DNA of 43,657 bases from the sequence record SRR22947727_4407, one strand, 5' to 3'. Under the pieces are notes generated by a model. It saw only the letters and a program-made list of their open reading frames with translations. It was not told where the DNA came from and searched no databases. Shown in pieces: positions 40,071 through 43,657 of the stretch (positions are counted from its first letter, which is position 1; each line of letters opens with the position of its first letter). Made by a program: the position numbers and the translations under genes.

Positions 40071-41617
40071 ATGATGGAACGCTCGATCGCGTTATCGGTA
40101 CGTATGCTGTGTTTTGGCATTGGTTGGCGGAGGTTCAGTTTGACGCTAATGTATTGGGCGGCGTCGCGAGCCTATGAGGATGGGGTTCGTCAGCAGATTC
40201 TTACAATCGGGACAACAACGGCCACGAGTCTGGACGGGCAGCTGGTTGAGACGCTGGCAAAGGACAATGACGACTCGGTTCGACCGCGCCTCGCAAATCG
40301 ACTGACGGGAATTTGGCAGGTCCCTGCGGGCGCCGAAATCGAGATGTCGCTTCAGCTGGTGGAAAAGACTGGTAACAGTCTGGCAAGCGTCCTTCTACGG
40401 ACATGCAGGTCGTGAAAGAGACGATGGCTTCGAATGCGGAGATTGAGTCTGCTTTTGAGGAACGCCCTAAATCGTCCGGACTCAAGCGAGAAGTGCCATC
40501 TCGTACTCCGTTCGACAAATCCCGACAGATGTTTCTTGAGGCTTTCGGTAAAAGTGTTCCGGCGAATATTTCAGCAGCGGGTCCTATTAAAAACGGATCT
40601 GAAATTGTTGCCGTTCTTGCGATGCAGGGTCGAGTGCGTCCGGAAAATTTCGCGTGGTATTCGCTTCTAGGATGAGAGCAGCTACTCGTTCTAGCAGGTT
40701 TGATCCCCGGACTACTGGCTTTGTTTTGGGTGGGATTCGGAATTTCGAATGAGTTGAAGGGATTGCAAAACGGAATGGAGACGGTTGCTGAAGGTTGTTA
40801 CGATTTCCGCCTCCCTGAAAATGGACCCACTGAATTCCAGTCAGTCCATATCATCTTCAACAAGATGGCTGAGAGTCTTGAGGCAAGTAATGTGAAGATC
40901 CACAACTCGATCGAAGAGATTCAAGTGGCTCGCCAACAGGCTGAAGTGGCAAAAGAAGCGAAATCCGATTTCCTGGCGAACATGAGTCATGAAATTCGCA
41001 CACCGATGAACGGCGACGAAAAAAACCACTTGGTGCACCTTTTATACAAACCTGTCAGCGAGCTAAAGTTGATGCGTGCGCTCGTCGAAGTGCTCCATCA
41101 CTCCGTCGGCACAACGATTCCAGCGAGTTTGATGCACACTTCCGCAGACGGTGGTGGAACCACAGTTGGCAAATTCGCCGACCAACACGCAGCGCAAATT
41201 CTCGTTGTTGAGGACGTTTTGATGAACCAAAAAATCGCCTGAATGGTTTTGCAAAAACTCGGTTACGAAAACATTCTCTTTGCCAACAATGGCGAGGAAG
41301 GTGTCGAAAAAGTCCTCGCAGGTGGCGTCGATTTGATTTTTATGGACCTCCAAATGCCGGTGATGGGCAGGATTGATGCGACCTTGAAAATTCGCGAGAG
41401 CTTCCACCTTGAACGGCAGCCACTGATCATTGCAATGACCGGCCACGCTCTGGCAGGTGTGAAAGACAGCTGCCTCCAGGCAGGAATGGATGCTTACATT
41501 ACCAAACCGATCAGCGTGGATGATGTGAAGCGTTCGTTTGCCGAAGTTTACAACAAAGCAGCCCACGCAACCGCCACGACCGCGAACAGCGCGAACGCCC
41601 CGTTCGCCCAAGCGTGA
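40071..41617 (+). pseudogene. Hybrid sensor histidine kinase remnant (sensor-HAMP-HisKA-[deleted]-REC)
   Basis: Frame change near 40410 and in-frame TGA at 40673 and 41240. The H-box [18 protein letters not shown] runs directly into [14 protein letters not shown] with no HATPase domain. Terminal REC has FMDLQMP...KP. The 5' end is uncertain. Confidence 0.88.
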
Positions 41618-41664
41618 TTTCGGGCCTTGTGTCCTCCCGATTCATTCGCTTACGATGCCGTTCC

Positions 41665-42888
41665 ATGAATTTGAAACTGCTTGTCGTTGCTCTTTTCTCG
41701 ATCATTCCCCTAACCTTTGCTCAGGCCGATGACTGGCTACAATGGCGTGGTCCCAACGGAAACGGCATGGCCGAAGATGGGCAAAACCCGCCCACCAAAT
41801 TGGAAAAACCAAAGTGGTCGGTCGATCTCACAGGTCGCAGTCACGGCACACCAATTGTCGCAAAAGGCCGGGTTTACCTCGCAGCAGCAGACGAAGAAAA
41901 ACAAACGCAGTCCACGCTTTGTTTTGATCGGAAATCAGGAAAAGAAATTTGGAAAACAGTGGTTCACGAAGGCAGTTTTAAGCAGAAACTAAACAAAAAG
42001 GGAACTTGGGCATCGTCCTCACCCGCGACAGATGGAGAGCGAATTTTTGTGAATTTTGTGAACAATAAATCAGCGTTTACGACAGCGCTCGACCTCAATG
42101 GAAAGCAGCTTTGGCAGACCAAAATTTGCGATTACAAAGTTCATCAAGCTTACGGATCTTCTCCGACGATTTACAAAAATCTCGTCATCGTTTCCGCCGA
42201 CAACAAACTCGGCGGCGCGATTAGCGGACTCGATCGAAAAACCGGCGACGTCGTCTGGACCGTGAAACGCGAAAAAGAACCGAACTACCCTTCGCCGATT
42301 ATTTTGAAAGCAGCTGGGAAAGATCAGCTCTTCATGACAGGCACAAAAAAAGTCACCAGCATTGATCCTGCAACCGGAGCGATTAATTGGGAAATCGATG
42401 GAGCAACCACCGAGTGCGTCACGACAACAGTGACCGATGGAAAGCGAATTTACAGCTCAGGCGGTTACCCAAAAAATCACGTCGCGGCAATCGAAGCCGA
42501 CGGCTCAGGAAAGATTTCGTGGGAAACCAAAGACCGAGTTTATGTGCCCTCAATGCTGATCAAAGACGGCTTTCTTTTTGCGGTGATGGATAGCGGCGTC
42601 GCGATTTGCTGGAATGCCGAAACCGGCGACGAACAGTGGAAAGCTCGTCTAGGAGGAAACTTTAGCGCCTCGCCGATTCTGGTCGGCGAGAACATTTACG
42701 CCGCCAATGAATCCGGAACCGTATACGTCTTCAAAGCAAGCACGAGCGGCCTGGAGGTAATCTCCGAACAAAAAATCGGCGACGCCATTTTTGCATCGCC
42801 GGTCATTTGTGGCGGTCAGATTTTTCTGCGTGTTGCTGATTTTACAGGCGATAAGCGAAGCGAGCGTCTCGTTTGTTTTGGCGAATAA
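41665..42888 (+). CDS. PQQ-binding-like beta-propeller protein (BamB-like family)
   Basis: Signal peptide from ATG 41665, DDWLQWRGPNGNG, ASSSPATDG, FSASP, FASP. Confidence 0.9.
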   Translation: MNLKLLVVALFSIIPLTFAQADDWLQWRGPNGNGMAEDGQNPPTKLEKPKWSVDLTGRSHGTPIVAKGRVYLAAADEEKQTQSTLCFDRKSGKEIWKTVVHEGSFKQKLNKKGTWASSSPATDGERIFVNFVNNKSAFTTALDLNGKQLWQTKICDYKVHQAYGSSPTIYKNLVIVSADNKLGGAISGLDRKTGDVVWTVKREKEPNYPSPIILKAAGKDQLFMTGTKKVTSIDPATGAINWEIDGATTECVTTTVTDGKRIYSSGGYPKNHVAAIEADGSGKISWETKDRVYVPSMLIKDGFLFAVMDSGVAICWNAETGDEQWKARLGGNFSASPILVGENIYAANESGTVYVFKASTSGLEVISEQKIGDAIFASPVICGGQIFLRVADFTGDKRSERLVCFGE

Positions 42889-42977
42889 CGACCGTTCAAC
42901 GATCCTCGGAAATCTCATCAGTCAGGGTTTACGTGAGGAAAAGGTCGCGTAATTTTGAGTAGAATTTTCTTCCTGAA

Positions 42978-43538
42978 ATGAATCTGAAAGACCTAAAAGC
43001 TCACCTAGCCGCATCACCCGAAAAACTCGTTCAATTGATCCTTCCCGGAGGATCAACAGTCCCGCAGCATTTCCACGTGACCGAGGTGGGGCAAGTTCAA
43101 AAGGACTTCATCGATTGCGGCGGCGAGGTTCGAAACTCCACCGTCTGCTTGATTCAAGCTTGGGTGGCGAACGACCTCGATCATCGAATCGAAACTGACA
43201 AGCTTCTCAAAATCCTCGAACTCGCTGACAAAGTCATTCCATCCGATAACATTCCCGTCGAATTCGAATACCAAGAGCGCGTCATTTCTCAATATCCGCT
43301 CAAAGCATCAGGTATCACCGACGACGGCGAAGCAGTCACCCTGACATTGGGCCTCAAATTCACCGATTGTCTTTCAAAAGACAAATGCGGTATCCCAGAA
43401 GATTATGTCGGCGAGCGTCAATCTGGAGAAGCAGCTACCGCACCTTGTTGCGGTCCGGGCGAAACGTGTGGGCCAGATTCAGGAGAAACCCGTGATTTTC
43501 AGGTGGCGCCAACTTCGTCTCCGATAAAATTCGGATAA
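42978..43538 (+). CDS. DUF6428-like protein with Cys-rich tail
   Basis: VPQHFHVTEVG, FIDCGG, IQAWVANDLDHR, TDCLSKDKCG, CCGPGETC. Confidence 0.75.
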   Translation: MNLKDLKAHLAASPEKLVQLILPGGSTVPQHFHVTEVGQVQKDFIDCGGEVRNSTVCLIQAWVANDLDHRIETDKLLKILELADKVIPSDNIPVEFEYQERVISQYPLKASGITDDGEAVTLTLGLKFTDCLSKDKCGIPEDYVGERQSGEAATAPCCGPGETCGPDSGETRDFQVAPTSSPIKFG

Positions 43539-43556
43539 TCACCAGAAGCCAATTTT

Positions 43557-43601
43557 ACGAAGCAATAGGGTAGGTTCAACGAATCATCCCTGTCTGTTCG
43601 A
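43557..43601. repeat. 45-bp element, copy 11
   Basis: A CGAAGCAA TAGGG TAGGTTCA A CGAATCAT CCCTG TCTGTTCG A. Confidence 0.92.
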
Positions 43602-43610
43602 AAACGGATT

Positions 43611-43655
43611 TCGATCCAATAGGGTACGTTCGATGAACCTACCCTGTTGCTTCGT
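43611..43655. repeat. 45-bp element, copy 12 (9 bp after copy 11)
   Basis: T CGATCCAA TAGGG TACGTTCG A TGAACCTA CCCTG TTGCTTCG T. Confidence 0.95.
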
Positions 43656-43657
43656 GA

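Noticed and set aside
8564-41617. Stop-codon reassignment or readthrough as the explanation for the in-frame stops
   Set aside because: The stops are of all three types (TAA, TAG, TGA), co-occur with frameshifts and deletions, and intact genes end normally with all three.
42978-43538. Arsenic-resistance operon around the DUF6428-like gene
   Set aside because: No arsR, arsC or acr3 is visible in the window, and the downstream context is cut off.
5515-43655. The 45-bp repeats as a CRISPR array or integron attC sites
   Set aside because: Copies are kilobases apart, degenerate and partly inside housekeeping genes. There are no spacers, cas genes or integrase, and no RYYYAAC/GTTRRRY ends.
5515-43655. 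The 45-bp repeats as intrinsic terminators
   Set aside because: They also occur in divergent promoter gaps and inside ORFs, and three copies have direct cores that break the long stem.

Overview
About 50% GC bacterial chromosomal segment, probably Verrucomicrobiota/PVC (inferred from gene content). It carries housekeeping genes (gmd, dnaB, rplI, yraN, tRNA-Leu(CAG), tRNA-Pro(GGG), an Lrp regulator plus aminotransferase, an OGG1-like glycosylase), transporters, beta-propeller proteins and lineage-specific hypotheticals. The main signal is a dispersed 45-bp DNA element present 12 times at 10 loci, about every 4 kb, with no indels. It is built from two self-palindromic 21-bp units (CGAWNNAA-[YAGGG/CCCTR]-TTNNWTCG) on a 22-bp period. 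Copies lie between genes, over a stop codon and inside coding sequences. One copy appears written into an ABC ATPase without changing its length, and a pair forms an apparent in-frame insert in the DNA glycosylase. The second signal is gene decay: six disrupted loci (about 10 kb, roughly 23% of the window) with nonsense codons, 7- and 11-bp tandem duplications and deletions. Also noted: an NtrC-like regulator lacking GAFTGA, three tandem secretin-like proteins, an RHH-like gene pair with a palindromic operator, a nucleotidyltransferase/small-partner pair, and DnaA-box-like sites between rplI and dnaB. No transposase, integrase, CRISPR array or rRNA was seen. All family calls come from motif recognition, not database searches.
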